DNA from: Burkholderiales bacterium
GTDB lineage: Bacteria; Pseudomonadota; Gammaproteobacteria; Burkholderiales; SG8-39
Reading direction: 5' to 3'
Length of the DNA stretch: 64,000 nucleotides
NCBI GenBank assembly: GCA_036381055.1
Contig: DASVDO010000009.1
Coordinates: 1,628 to 65,627, forward strand
Shown: piece by piece, positions 1 through 8,688 of the stretch
Layout: every line of letters starts with the position of its first letter
Numbering within the stretch: the stretch's first letter is position 1
The notes under the pieces: generated by a model
Seen by the model: the letters and a program-made list of their open reading frames with translations, nothing else
Databases searched by the model: none
Told to the model about the DNA's origin: nothing
Translations under genes and position numbers: made by a program

Positions 1-1611
1 GTCAATTACGGCGCCAACAAGCCGCTGATGATGCTTTGCCAGCACGAGGAGACGGCGGTGCAGGTCGCGCACGGCTACGCCAAGGCGAGCGGCAGGCCGA
101 TGGTGGCGATCCTGCACAACCTGGTGGGCCTGCTGCACGCCAACATGGCGATCTACTACGCCTATGCCGACCGCGCGCCGGTGTTCATCGTCGGCGCGAC
201 CGGGCCGATGGACGAGACCAAGCGCCGGCCGCGCATCGACTGGATCCACACCGCGCAGGTGCAGGGCGAGGCGGTGCGCGCCTATACCAAATGGGACTAC
301 CAGCCGAGCGCGATCGGCGGCGTGCCGGAGGCGTTCGCGCGCGCCTATTCGGTGATGATGACCGAGCCGCGCGGGCCGATCTACATGTGCTACGACGCGT
401 GGCTGCAGGAGCAGCCGCTCGACCACCTCGTGCCGCTGCCGCCGGCGGGGGCGGCGAAGGTGCCGAGCCGATTGGGGCCGGATCCTCTTGCCCTTCAAGA
501 AGTTTCCAGTCTTTTGTTGAAGGCCGAAAGGCCGGTGATCATCGCCGAGTTCGTCGGCCGCGAGCCGGAGGGCTTCCATGCGCTGGTCGCGCTCGCCGAG
601 ACGCTCGGCGCGCCGGTCTACGACGTGAACAGCCGGCTCAATTTCCCGAGCCGGCATCCGCTCAACTTCAGCATGCAGAAGGACATATTCCGGGACGCGG
701 ACCTCGTGCTCACGCTCGACACGCGCGACTGGGAGCGCGCCACGACCGAGCTCGTCAGCACCACCCGCGAAGTGACCTCGCTCGTGCCGGCGGGGGCGAA
801 ATGGGTCGACATCGGCTTCGGCGACCTCGAGCTCTCGAGCTGGGCGATGGACTACCAGCGCCTCGCGCACGCCGACCTGCGCGTGCTGGCCGACACGACC
901 GTCGCCATCCCGGCTTTGACGCAGTTGATAAGGGGAAAAGTTCAGGCTGAAAAGCGCAATGCACATGTCAAAGCACTGACAGAGAAGAACGAAGCCACCC
1001 GCCGCAAGTGGGCCGAGCAGGCCAAGGCGCACTGGGACGAGAGCCCGATCACCCTGCCGCGGCTCGCTTCCGAGGTCTGGGAGGCGATCAAGGGCGAAGA
1101 CTGGGTGCTCACCGCCAACACGCTCGAGGAGTGGACGCGCAAGCTCTGGGACTTCGACAAGCCCTATCGCCATCCCGGCAAGTCGCTCGGCACCGCGACG
1201 CAGATCGGCATCTCGCTCGGCGTGGCGCTCGCGCACCGCGGCAGCGGCCGCCTGGTGGTCGACATCCAGCCCGACGGCGACCTGATGTTCGACGCCGGCG
1301 CGCTCTGGGTGGCGGCGAAGCATCGCATTCCGTTCCTCGTCGTCATGTACAACAACCGCGCCTACTACAACGACTGGGAGCACCAGATCCGCATGGCCAA
1401 GCTGCGCGGCACGCCGGTCGAGCGCGCCTACATCGGCATGGACATGTGCGACCCCGATCCGGACTTCGCCGGCCTCGCTCGCGCGATGGGCTGGTACGCC
1501 GAGGGGCCGATCGACAAGCCGGGCGACGTCGCCGGGGCGCTCGAGCGCGCCATCGCCAAGGTAAAAGCCGGCCAGCCGGCGCTGATCGACACGATTACGC
1601 AAAAACGATGA
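1..1611 (+). CDS. Thiamine-pyrophosphate-dependent enzyme (acetolactate synthase / benzoylformate decarboxylase superfamily), 5' end outside window
   Basis: Frame 1 is open from nt 1 (VNYGANKPLMMLCQHEETAVQVAHGYAKASG = TPP Pyr-domain HE..A..A.GYA motif). C-terminal PP-binding region PDGDLMF...VVMYNNRAYYN. Stop overlaps the next ATG (ATGA at 1608-1611). Confidence 0.85.
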   Translation, partial: VNYGANKPLMMLCQHEETAVQVAHGYAKASGRPMVAILHNLVGLLHANMAIYYAYADRAPVFIVGATGPMDETKRRPRIDWIHTAQVQGEAVRAYTKWDYQPSAIGGVPEAFARAYSVMMTEPRGPIYMCYDAWLQEQPLDHLVPLPPAGAAKVPSRLGPDPLALQEVSSLLLKAERPVIIAEFVGREPEGFHALVALAETLGAPVYDVNSRLNFPSRHPLNFSMQKDIFRDADLVLTLDTRDWERATTELVSTTREVTSLVPAGAKWVDIGFGDLELSSWAMDYQRLAHADLRVLADTTVAIPALTQLIRGKVQAEKRNAHVKALTEKNEATRRKWAEQAKAHWDESPITLPRLASEVWEAIKGEDWVLTANTLEEWTRKLWDFDKPYRHPGKSLGTATQIGISLGVALAHRGSGRLVVDIQPDGDLMFDAGALWVAAKHRIPFLVVMYNNRAYYNDWEHQIRMAKLRGTPVERAYIGMDMCDPDPDFAGLARAMGWYAEGPIDKPGDVAGALERAIAKVKAGQPALIDTITQKR

Positions 1612-2408
1612 GCGAGACCGTCGGAGTGATAGGCGCGGGCCGCATGGGCCTGCCGATCATCGGCCACCTGGCGAAGAAGGGCTTCCGCACCCTGGCGACC
1701 GATGTCGACGCGGCGAAGCGGGCCCCGGTGGAGGAAAAGCGGGCGGAGTGGTCGCCCAGCCTCGAGGCCCTGGCCGGGCAGGCCACGGTCATGCTGGTGT
1801 GCGTCGGCTTCGACCATGAGCTGCGCGAGCTTTTCAACCGGATGAAGCCGCAGAAGGGCGCGATCGTGGCGGTCCTCAGCACGGTGAATCCGCGCACGGT
1901 GCAGGCGCTCGCGAAGGAAGCCGAGGCGCGCGGCTTTCACCTCGTCGACTCGACGGTGTGCCGCGGCGGCCGCGCGGCGGACGAGGGGACGCTGCTGTCC
2001 TTCGTCGGTGGGCCGGCGGCCGTCGTCGCACGCCTGACGCCCGTGCTGCGCGCGTATTCCACCGACGTGGTGCACAGCGGCGAGGTCGGCTCGGCCCAGG
2101 TGGCGAAGGCGGCGAACAACCTGGTGCTCTGGGCCTGCCTGGTCGCCGACCACGAGGCGCTGGCGCTCGCCCGCCGCTACGGCGTCGACGTCGAGAAGCT
2201 GCGCCAGGCGCTCATGCTCTCGAGCGCCGCCAACGACGCGCTCGCCAAGTGGGGCACCCAGACCATGGCCTGGGCCGAGGACGACATGGCGATCGTCGCC
2301 GAGATGGCCGCGGAATGCGGCGTCGCCCTTCCCCAGGCGGGCGTGAACCGCGAGATCTGCCGTGCGTTAAAACCACGCCGCTACAAGCTGGACGAGTACG
2401 GACGCTGA
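1608..2408 (+). CDS. NAD(P)-dependent dehydrogenase, 3-hydroxyisobutyrate / 6-phosphogluconate dehydrogenase family
   Basis: N-terminal Rossmann motif VGVIGAGRMGLPIIGHL. 266 aa. ATGA coupling to the upstream gene. Confidence 0.85.
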   Translation: MSETVGVIGAGRMGLPIIGHLAKKGFRTLATDVDAAKRAPVEEKRAEWSPSLEALAGQATVMLVCVGFDHELRELFNRMKPQKGAIVAVLSTVNPRTVQALAKEAEARGFHLVDSTVCRGGRAADEGTLLSFVGGPAAVVARLTPVLRAYSTDVVHSGEVGSAQVAKAANNLVLWACLVADHEALALARRYGVDVEKLRQALMLSSAANDALAKWGTQTMAWAEDDMAIVAEMAAECGVALPQAGVNREICRALKPRRYKLDEYGR

Positions 2409-2534
2409 GGAACCTTGACAGCGATCGTCGCGCGCTAGTAGCGTTCGCGGCAGGTGTTCCGCTACAGAAGAAGGGGTTCCGTATGGCGGAACGGTAAGAA
2501 CAGTGGGTTCGCTCGAAAACCAGAGGAGGAAGTG

Positions 2535-3728
2535 ATGAAGAAGAATGCCATTGCCTTGGCCATTGGCGCGCTTTGCGTCGCGCCGGCGGCACAGGCGCAG
2601 GTCGTGTTCGGCAACGAAGCGATCGGCACGGTGCAGTTCTACGGCAAGCTGTATCCACAGGTGACTTCGGCGTCGACGAGCGGCGCCTCCGAAGCCGGTG
2701 ATAGCGCCGCGACGCTGCAAGACCCGGCGTCGTTCACCGGCGAAAACCCGCGTAGCCGGGTATCGGTCGATTCCAACAACTCGTACCTCGGCTTCCGCGG
2801 CGAGCGCAAGCTGGGCAGCACCGGCCTGAAGGGCATCTGGCAGATCGAGCAGGCGATCGAGATCGACACCGGTAACGAGGATGCCACGTTCTCCAACCGC
2901 AATTCGTTCCTCGGCCTCGCCGGCGGCTTCGGCACGGTGAAGCTCGGGCACATGGACACGATCTACAAGGAGTTCGGCGCCGTCGTCGGCATGTTCGGCA
3001 TCACCAGCGGCAACTGGATGTCGCCGAGCGAGGTGCTCTCGAAGATCCCGTACAACACCCGCGGCAGCTTCCACGTTCGCGCGGCGAACTCGATCCAGTA
3101 CCTGTCGCCGGAATTCGGCGGCGTGCAGTTCGGCGCGCAGTACAGCCCCGACGAGGAAAGAACCGACACCAGGGATCAGGAACTCTGGTCCTTCGGCGTG
3201 AAATACGAAGCCGGCCCGCTGTATGTCTCGCTGCAGCACGAGATCCACAAGGACGCGCTCGTCGCGGCTCGTGATACGCCGTTTGCTGGTGGAACCGACT
3301 CGAAAGACCAGGCTACCCGTCTGAGCGCGACCTACAAGCTCGGCAACCACAAGCTTGCGGCCGATATCGGGCAGCTGAAGTGGAGCGAGAGCGGCGGCGA
3401 CGTCGACGAGTACAAGCACATCACATGGGACGTCGGCGTGGAGTCGAAGTGGGGCGGGCCGTGGCGCACGTCGCTCCTTTACGTTCAGGCGCAGGAGGGC
3501 AGCTGCTCGCTGACCGCGGGCGGCGACTGCGACACTAATGGGCTGAAGGCGCAGATGGTGGCGCTCGGCGTTGCCTACGATCTCGACAAGCAGACGTTCC
3601 TGTACGGGGTCGTCGGCAAGCTGATCAACGGTACGTCGTCGGTCTACAACAACCTGCAGCCCGATGTCGACATCGCGCCCGGCACCGACATCACGCAGGT
3701 GTCGCTCGGCATGTCGTACCGGTTCTAA
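2535..3728 (+). CDS. Outer-membrane general porin (Burkholderiales-type Gram-negative porin)
   Basis: Signal peptide MKKNAIALAIGALCVAPAAQAQ. Alternating beta-strand pattern and the terminal ...GMSYRF aromatic residue. GGAGGA RBS 6 nt upstream of ATG 2535. Confidence 0.9.
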   Translation: MKKNAIALAIGALCVAPAAQAQVVFGNEAIGTVQFYGKLYPQVTSASTSGASEAGDSAATLQDPASFTGENPRSRVSVDSNNSYLGFRGERKLGSTGLKGIWQIEQAIEIDTGNEDATFSNRNSFLGLAGGFGTVKLGHMDTIYKEFGAVVGMFGITSGNWMSPSEVLSKIPYNTRGSFHVRAANSIQYLSPEFGGVQFGAQYSPDEERTDTRDQELWSFGVKYEAGPLYVSLQHEIHKDALVAARDTPFAGGTDSKDQATRLSATYKLGNHKLAADIGQLKWSESGGDVDEYKHITWDVGVESKWGGPWRTSLLYVQAQEGSCSLTAGGDCDTNGLKAQMVALGVAYDLDKQTFLYGVVGKLINGTSSVYNNLQPDVDIAPGTDITQVSLGMSYRF

Positions 3729-3750
3729 GATAGTTATAAGCTGTCCCGGC

Positions 3751-3782
3751 GAACGGGCGCTACGGCGCCCGTTCCCGTTTCT
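3751..3782 (+). terminator. Rho-independent terminator candidate after the porin gene
   Basis: Perfect 10-bp stem GAACGGGCGC / GCGCCCGTTC (3751-3760 / 3765-3774) with loop TACG, followed by CCGTTTCT. Confidence 0.6.
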
Positions 3783-3797
3783 GGAGGAGGATTGACC

Positions 3798-4853
3798 ATG
3801 CTCAGGACCCTTGTAATCGCTTCCCTGCTGGTGCCGGCCGCGGCGCTCGCGCAGGGCAAGCCCGGCCCGCACGCTCAGCTCTACCTGTACAAGGGCGCGG
3901 ACCGCGACCCGAAGGTGCTCGCCGCGGCGAAGAAGGAGGGCAAGGTGGTCGTGTACACCTCGCTCAACACCAAGGACTCGGTGCCGATCAGCGAGGCCTT
4001 CGAGAAGAAGTACGGCGTGAAGGTGGACCTGTGGCGCTCCTCGAGCGAGAAGGTGCTGCAGCGCGCGGTGACCGAGTTCCGCGCCGGGCGCTACGCGGTC
4101 GATGCCTTCGAGCTGAACGGCCCGGAGCTGGAGGCGATGTGGCGCGAGGGGCTGCTCGACAAGTTCTACACGCCGCAGGCGGCCAACATGCCGCCGGCCG
4201 CGTTCGCCCAGAACGGTGCCTACATTGCCGACCGCTTCAACTTCTTCACCATCGCCTACAACACCAACCTGGTGAAGCCGAACGACGTGCCGAAGTCCTA
4301 CCAGGACCTGCTCGACCCGAAATGGGTCGGCAAGATCGGCATCGAGGCGAGCGACACCGACTGGTTCGGCTCGATGGTGAAGGCGATGGGCGAGGAGAAG
4401 GGCATGGCGTTCTTCCGCAAGCTCGCCGACATGAAGCCGCAGATGCGCACCGGGCACACGCTGATGGCCGAGCTGGTCGCCTCGGGCGAGATCCCGCTCG
4501 CCGCGACCATCTACAACCACAACGCCGAGCGCCTGAAGGTGAAGGGCGCGCCCATCGAGTGGAAGGCGCTCGAGCCGACCTTCGGCCGGCCGAACGGCGT
4601 GTCGGTCGCCAAGCAGGCGGCGCACCCGAACGCGGCGCTGCTGTTCGTGGACTTCATGCTGTCGCTGGAGGGGCAGAAGCTGCTGCAGAAGAGGAACCGC
4701 GTCCCGGCGAGCAACAAGGTCGACTCCAAGCTGAACGACTTCAGCTACCGGATGATCGATCCGGTGGTGGTCATGGACGAGGCCGACAAGTGGGAGAAGC
4801 GCTGGTCGGAACTCTTTCTCAAAGGGCAGGCCATACGTAGGGAAAAGGACTAG
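3798..4853 (+). CDS. Periplasmic solute-binding protein (family-1 / Fe3+-type ABC SBP), no cognate permease or ATPase nearby
   Basis: Signal peptide MLRTLVIASLLVPAAALAQG. SBP-like sequence throughout. GGAGGAGG RBS ends 7 nt before ATG 3798 (an in-frame TTG at 3792 is an alternative start). Confidence 0.8.
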   Translation: MLRTLVIASLLVPAAALAQGKPGPHAQLYLYKGADRDPKVLAAAKKEGKVVVYTSLNTKDSVPISEAFEKKYGVKVDLWRSSSEKVLQRAVTEFRAGRYAVDAFELNGPELEAMWREGLLDKFYTPQAANMPPAAFAQNGAYIADRFNFFTIAYNTNLVKPNDVPKSYQDLLDPKWVGKIGIEASDTDWFGSMVKAMGEEKGMAFFRKLADMKPQMRTGHTLMAELVASGEIPLAATIYNHNAERLKVKGAPIEWKALEPTFGRPNGVSVAKQAAHPNAALLFVDFMLSLEGQKLLQKRNRVPASNKVDSKLNDFSYRMIDPVVVMDEADKWEKRWSELFLKGQAIRREKD

Positions 4854-4875
4854 CCATTGGGCAAGGAATCTCACC

Positions 4876-5433
4876 TTGGGTAAAGAATCCCACTACAGCA
4901 GCAAGAAGGACCGGGTCTTCGTCCGCGCCATCCAGGGCCAGTACAGCCTGAAGGACGAGCTGGCGCGGCTGCGCTCGCTGCCGCGCGTCATCAAGGGCCG
5001 CGACCTGACCTTCAACGACGGCCCGCAGTCCTTCTCCAAGCACTTCATCGAGCCGGTGGACGGGCTGGCGCAGACGCTGCACGTGCACCTCGAGGAGTAC
5101 GCGCCGGGCGGGCGGACGCAGAAGCACGGCCACGTCAACGAGGCCGCCTTCTACATCCTCGACGGCAAGGGCTACGAGGTGCACGACGGCGTGCGCTACG
5201 ATTGGAGCGCCGGCGACGTGGCGATCGTGCACATGAACTGCGTGCACCAGCACTTCAACGCCGACCCGGACAAGCCGGCGCGCGCGCTGGTGCTCAAGCC
5301 CAAGCCGCTCATCATGTTCATGAACATGCTGTTCCAGCAGAGCGTGATCCCGCGGCCCAAGGAGCCGGCGACGCCGGCCGGCGTGGGCTTCGAGCCGAGG
5401 AACCTGGAAGACAACTTCAACCACGACGAATGA
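4876..5433 (+). CDS. Monocupin protein (metal-binding cupin; paralog of 9213-9788)
   Basis: Canonical cupin motif 1 [20 protein letters not shown] (G-x5-HxH-x3-E-x6-G) and motif 2 [19 protein letters not shown] start with an AAGGA RBS. Roughly three-quarters identical by eye to the 9213 product. Confidence 0.85.
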   Translation: MGKESHYSSKKDRVFVRAIQGQYSLKDELARLRSLPRVIKGRDLTFNDGPQSFSKHFIEPVDGLAQTLHVHLEEYAPGGRTQKHGHVNEAAFYILDGKGYEVHDGVRYDWSAGDVAIVHMNCVHQHFNADPDKPARALVLKPKPLIMFMNMLFQQSVIPRPKEPATPAGVGFEPRNLEDNFNHDE

Positions 5434-6545
5434 AGAACGCGACCGTTTCGGAAGATTTCGCCAAAAAGTTCGCCACCGAGAAGGAGACGCCCTACACGCG
5501 CTGGGTGAAGGGCGAGGGGCTTGACCTCATCAGCTCCTTCTACGTGCCGAGCCTGCACACGGTCGAGCTCAAGCCCTGGGCGCGGCGCGGCGGGCGCGCC
5601 GTGTTCATGAACCACGACGCCTCGCGCACCTCGAACGACTGCTACGTGTGCGAGATCCCGCCCGGCAAGAGCCTCGCGCCGCAGCGCCAGCTGTTCGAGG
5701 AGATGATCTACGTGCTCGACGGGCGCGGCTCGACCGCGGTGTGGAACGACGCCGGCAAGCGCGTGCAGTTCGAGTGGAAGGCGGGCGCCATCTTCGCCAT
5801 CCCGCTCAACTGCTGGCACCAGCACTTCAACGGCTCGGGCGAGAAGCCGGCGCGCTACGTCGCGGTGACCAACGCGCCGGTGATCATCAACGCCTTCGGC
5901 GACCTCGACTTCGTGTTCAACACCAAGTACGACTTCAAGGACCGCTTCGACGGCGAGCCCGAGTACTTCGCCAACAAGGGCGAGCAGAAGGGGCTGCTGC
6001 TCGACACCAACTTCGTCGCCGACGCGATCAACCTGCCGCTGTTCGCCGCCAAGGAGCGCGGCGCGGGCGGCGGGCACACGCGCTTCTCGATGGCCAAGGG
6101 CTCGATGAACAGCCACATCTCGCAGTTCCCGGTCGGCACGTACAAGAAGGCGCACGCGCACGGGCCGGGCGCGCACGTGATCGTGCTCTCGGGCGAGGGC
6201 TTCAGCCTGATGTGGCCCGAGGGCGAGGAGCCGCAGCGCTTCGACTGGCGCGAGGGAACGATGATCGTGCCGCCCAACATGTGGTTCCACCAGCACTTCA
6301 ACACCGGCACCACGCCGGCGCGCTACCTCGCCTTCAAGGCCGAGGGCGTGGCGATCCGCAACGCGCAGGGCGTGCCCAAGGCGTGGATCTCCAGGCGCCT
6401 GGGCGGCGACCAGATCGACTACGCCGACGAGCGCCCCGAGATCCGCCGCTGGTTCTCCGAGGCGCTCGCCAAGCACGGCCTCAAGTCCGCGATGGACAAG
6501 GCCTACGCCGCCGAGGCGGCCGAGCTACCGCAAAAAGCCGCCTAA
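5430..6545 (+). CDS. Bicupin protein (gentisate-dioxygenase-like fold; paralog of 13958-15043)
   Basis: Two cupin domains, each ending in an HQHFN..PARY signature. Domain 1 motif is G-x5-QRQ-x3-E (His ligands replaced); domain 2 is GTYKKAHAHGPGAH. ATGA overlap with the upstream cupin. Confidence 0.85.
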   Translation: MKNATVSEDFAKKFATEKETPYTRWVKGEGLDLISSFYVPSLHTVELKPWARRGGRAVFMNHDASRTSNDCYVCEIPPGKSLAPQRQLFEEMIYVLDGRGSTAVWNDAGKRVQFEWKAGAIFAIPLNCWHQHFNGSGEKPARYVAVTNAPVIINAFGDLDFVFNTKYDFKDRFDGEPEYFANKGEQKGLLLDTNFVADAINLPLFAAKERGAGGGHTRFSMAKGSMNSHISQFPVGTYKKAHAHGPGAHVIVLSGEGFSLMWPEGEEPQRFDWREGTMIVPPNMWFHQHFNTGTTPARYLAFKAEGVAIRNAQGVPKAWISRRLGGDQIDYADERPEIRRWFSEALAKHGLKSAMDKAYAAEAAELPQKAA

Positions 6546-7237
6546 ATGGTGACAGTCACCAATTCCAATTGGTGACTGTCACCATTTTCCCGCGCAGCTA
6601 GGCGTTTCGGCCTGCCGCGCGGCTTGCGCGGCTCGCCCATGCGGTGGCCGCTGTGAGTCGCGCGTCGGATTTCGTCGATCATTTCCTGCTTGAGCGGCAC
6701 GTCGCACAGCGCTTGATACGCCGCCGCACGGCGCTCGTCTGTCGTGGCGATCGCCAGGTACGCGGGGTGCGGCCTTACGAACGTGCCGATATCGGCGCCG
6801 GTGTTCGCCGCATGGCTGGACCACCGGTATTGCGAGGGATGGCTCACCATCGCCGCGCGCACGGGATTGAGCTCGATGTATCGGTAGCAGGCCAGGGCGT
6901 ACTCCTCGGTCGTGACGATCCCGGAATGCGGCCGGCCTTCCCAGAGCGTCCCGGTACGACCCAACTTCGCGTTGATGCGCTTCGCGTGACGCTGCGCGAG
7001 GTGCTTCATCAGAAGCGCGCATCCGGTGTTCTCGCGGGGGGTGACCAGCAGATGCACATGGTTGGTCATCAGGCAATACGCATGGACGAGGCATTGGAAC
7101 CGCGCCGCGTAGGTCCCCAGCGCCACCAGGTAGTCGACATAGTCGGCTTCCTCGAAGAAGCAGTCGGCGCGGTCGTGTCCCCGCTGGATGACGTGGAGAG
7201 CGAAGTCCGGAATGACGAGGCGGGCAGTCCGCGGCAT
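6542..7237 (-). CDS. REP-associated tyrosine transposase (RAYT; IS200/IS605-like Y1 HUH transposase family)
   Basis: HUH motif in LMTNHVHLLVTP and catalytic-Tyr region ACYRYIELNPVRA. No TnpB partner. The last ~15 codons (ENGDSHQLELVTVTI) are encoded by the REP doublet itself. Confidence 0.85.
   Translation of the reverse strand: MPRTARLVIPDFALHVIQRGHDRADCFFEEADYVDYLVALGTYAARFQCLVHAYCLMTNHVHLLVTPRENTGCALLMKHLAQRHAKRINAKLGRTGTLWEGRPHSGIVTTEEYALACYRYIELNPVRAAMVSHPSQYRWSSHAANTGADIGTFVRPHPAYLAIATTDERRAAAYQALCDVPLKQEMIDEIRRATHSGHRMGEPRKPRGRPKRLAARENGDSHQLELVTVTI
6544..6587. repeat. REP doublet (REPIN-like): two inverted 21-nt REPs
   Basis: AAATGGTGACAGTCACCAATT (6544-6564), CC, AATTGGTGACTGTCACCATTT (6567-6587). 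The arms are perfect reverse complements. Confidence 0.9.
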
Positions 7238-7276
7238 AACACCTTAAACGGCGCATGCCGCGGATTGGTTGACGTT

Positions 7277-7324
7277 AAATGGTGACTGTCACCCATTCGG
7301 ATATATGGTGACTGTCACCATTTT
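7277..7324. repeat. Two direct REP copies on the 5' side of the RAYT gene
   Basis: AAATGGTGACTGTCACCC (7277-7294) and ATATGGTGACTGTCACCATTTT (7303-7324). The second abuts the TCA (= TGA) stop of the Rieske gene. Confidence 0.9.
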
Positions 7325-8607
7325 CAGACGGTGGCGTGGGCGGCGCCGGGCTCGGGGAGAAGGGCGTCCTCGGCGGCGGCGGGGAAGGGCGCGCTGCGCG
7401 GCAGGAGCACCGAGGCGGAACGCACGCGCGTGTGCGCGGGATCGACCCCCGGCGGCTGGATGCCCTTCATCACGCCCTCGGCCGCGGCGATCAGCCGGCG
7501 GCGCGCCATGATGATGCCCTTGTCGGTCGGCACGAGGTTCTCGCGCGTGCGGTCCTGGATCGGGCCCATCGACTCCTGCACCGACGCGTCCTGCATGGCG
7601 AAGCCCTCGACCCCGGAGAAGGTGCGGCCTTCCTTCTGCGCCTTGCGGTCGATCAGGTAGTCGTTGTCCTTGTTGGCCACCGGCCGGAACGTGCCCGGGA
7701 TGAGCGGCGTGTGGATGCCCTTGCCGGCCGCCATCGCCTCGCGCTCTTCCCTGGTGAGCGGGCGCGTCGCGTGGTGGTTGGTGCTCCACGCCCAGCAGTT
7801 CTCGTCGTCGATCGGCACCCAGCAGTGGCCGCCGATCGGATGGTCGCCGCGCGGCGGGATCAGGGTGAAGCTCGGCATCACGTACTGCGTGATGCGCCAG
7901 TAGTAGCGGTCCTGCTCGGCGTTGCGGCGCGCGCCGATGTAGAGCCCGCCCGGCGACTCGACCACCTCGAAGTGCGGCGCCAGGTCGCGCAGGTTGTACT
8001 CGTGGCTCTTGGTCGCCGCCTTGAACATCGGGTCGACCTTCATGGTGAAGCGGTGCAGGAACGAGACGTGGCTCGAGTCGATGCCGCCTTCCATCGCCTG
8101 CAGCCAGTTGCACTCCTGCCAGCGCTTGGAGACGAAGCGGTGCGACGCGGGCACCATCGCCCACTCGTGCTCGGGCAGCGGCGGCCGCTGCTCGGGCGGG
8201 CCCATGTAGGTCCACAGCACGCCGCCGCGCTCGACCAGCGGGTAGCTCTTCAGCCGCATCCGCTCGCACAGCCTCGGGTTGTCCGGCTCGGAGGGGATCT
8301 CGACGCACTGGCCGGTGACGTCGTATTTCCAGCCGTGGTAGGGGCAGCGCAGCCCGCTCTCTTCATTGCGCCCGAACCACAGCGACACGCCGCGGTGCGC
8401 GCAGAACTCGTCGATCAGGCCGAGCCGGTTCTGCGTGTCGCGGAAGGCGATCAGCTTCTCGCCGAGGATGCGCACCCGCACCGGCGGGCAGTCGGGCTCG
8501 GGCAGCTCCTCGGCGAGCAGCGCCGGCAGCCAGTAGCGGCGAAACATCTCGCCCATCGGCGTGCCGGGACCGGTCTGAGTGAGGAACTGGTTTTGCTCCG
8601 CTCTCAT
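7324..8607 (-). CDS. Rieske [2Fe-2S] non-heme-iron oxygenase, alpha subunit (phthalate-family, alpha-only type)
   Basis: Rieske motif CAHRGVSLWFGRNEESGLRCPYHGW and mononuclear-iron motif NWLQAMEGGIDSSHVSFLH. 427 aa. Confidence 0.9.
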   Translation of the reverse strand: MRAEQNQFLTQTGPGTPMGEMFRRYWLPALLAEELPEPDCPPVRVRILGEKLIAFRDTQNRLGLIDEFCAHRGVSLWFGRNEESGLRCPYHGWKYDVTGQCVEIPSEPDNPRLCERMRLKSYPLVERGGVLWTYMGPPEQRPPLPEHEWAMVPASHRFVSKRWQECNWLQAMEGGIDSSHVSFLHRFTMKVDPMFKAATKSHEYNLRDLAPHFEVVESPGGLYIGARRNAEQDRYYWRITQYVMPSFTLIPPRGDHPIGGHCWVPIDDENCWAWSTNHHATRPLTREEREAMAAGKGIHTPLIPGTFRPVANKDNDYLIDRKAQKEGRTFSGVEGFAMQDASVQESMGPIQDRTRENLVPTDKGIIMARRRLIAAAEGVMKGIQPPGVDPAHTRVRSASVLLPRSAPFPAAAEDALLPEPGAAHATV

Positions 8608-8688
8608 AACATTGTTCCGCTATAGCGAACGTCGTTCTTCCATACGAACGAGTTTAAAGCATCGGCGCTATACTGGCCGACTCCGGAG

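Larger units (their letters stand above)
6542..7326 (-). mobile_element. RAYT-REP module: a REP-associated tyrosine transposase gene bracketed by its REP sequences, filling a convergent intergenic gap
   Basis: The Y1/HUH transposase gene is flanked by four copies of the GGTGACWGTCACC core. The module spans exactly from the bicupin stop (6543-6545) to the Rieske gene stop (7324-7326). Confidence 0.8.

Noticed and set aside
2456-2467. A shared 12-mer, GTTCCGCTACAG (2456-2467) and GTTCCGCTATAG (8614-8625), upstream of the porin gene and in the Rieske/SEC-C divergent region, as a common operator.
   Set aside because: An 11/12 match between two sites in 128 kb of double-stranded sequence is expected many times by chance. 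The local palindromes (GTTCCG-n5-CGGAAC at 2476-2492; CGCTATAGCG at 8618-8627 and GAACGTCGTTC at 8627-8637) may be regulatory, but I cannot support a shared regulon.
6542-7237. An ordinary IS200/IS605 insertion sequence.
   Set aside because: There is no tnpB/iscB partner and no subterminal IS hairpin ends. Instead the gene is bracketed by a short palindromic repeat that recurs elsewhere (34183-34195). This fits the RAYT/REP arrangement.
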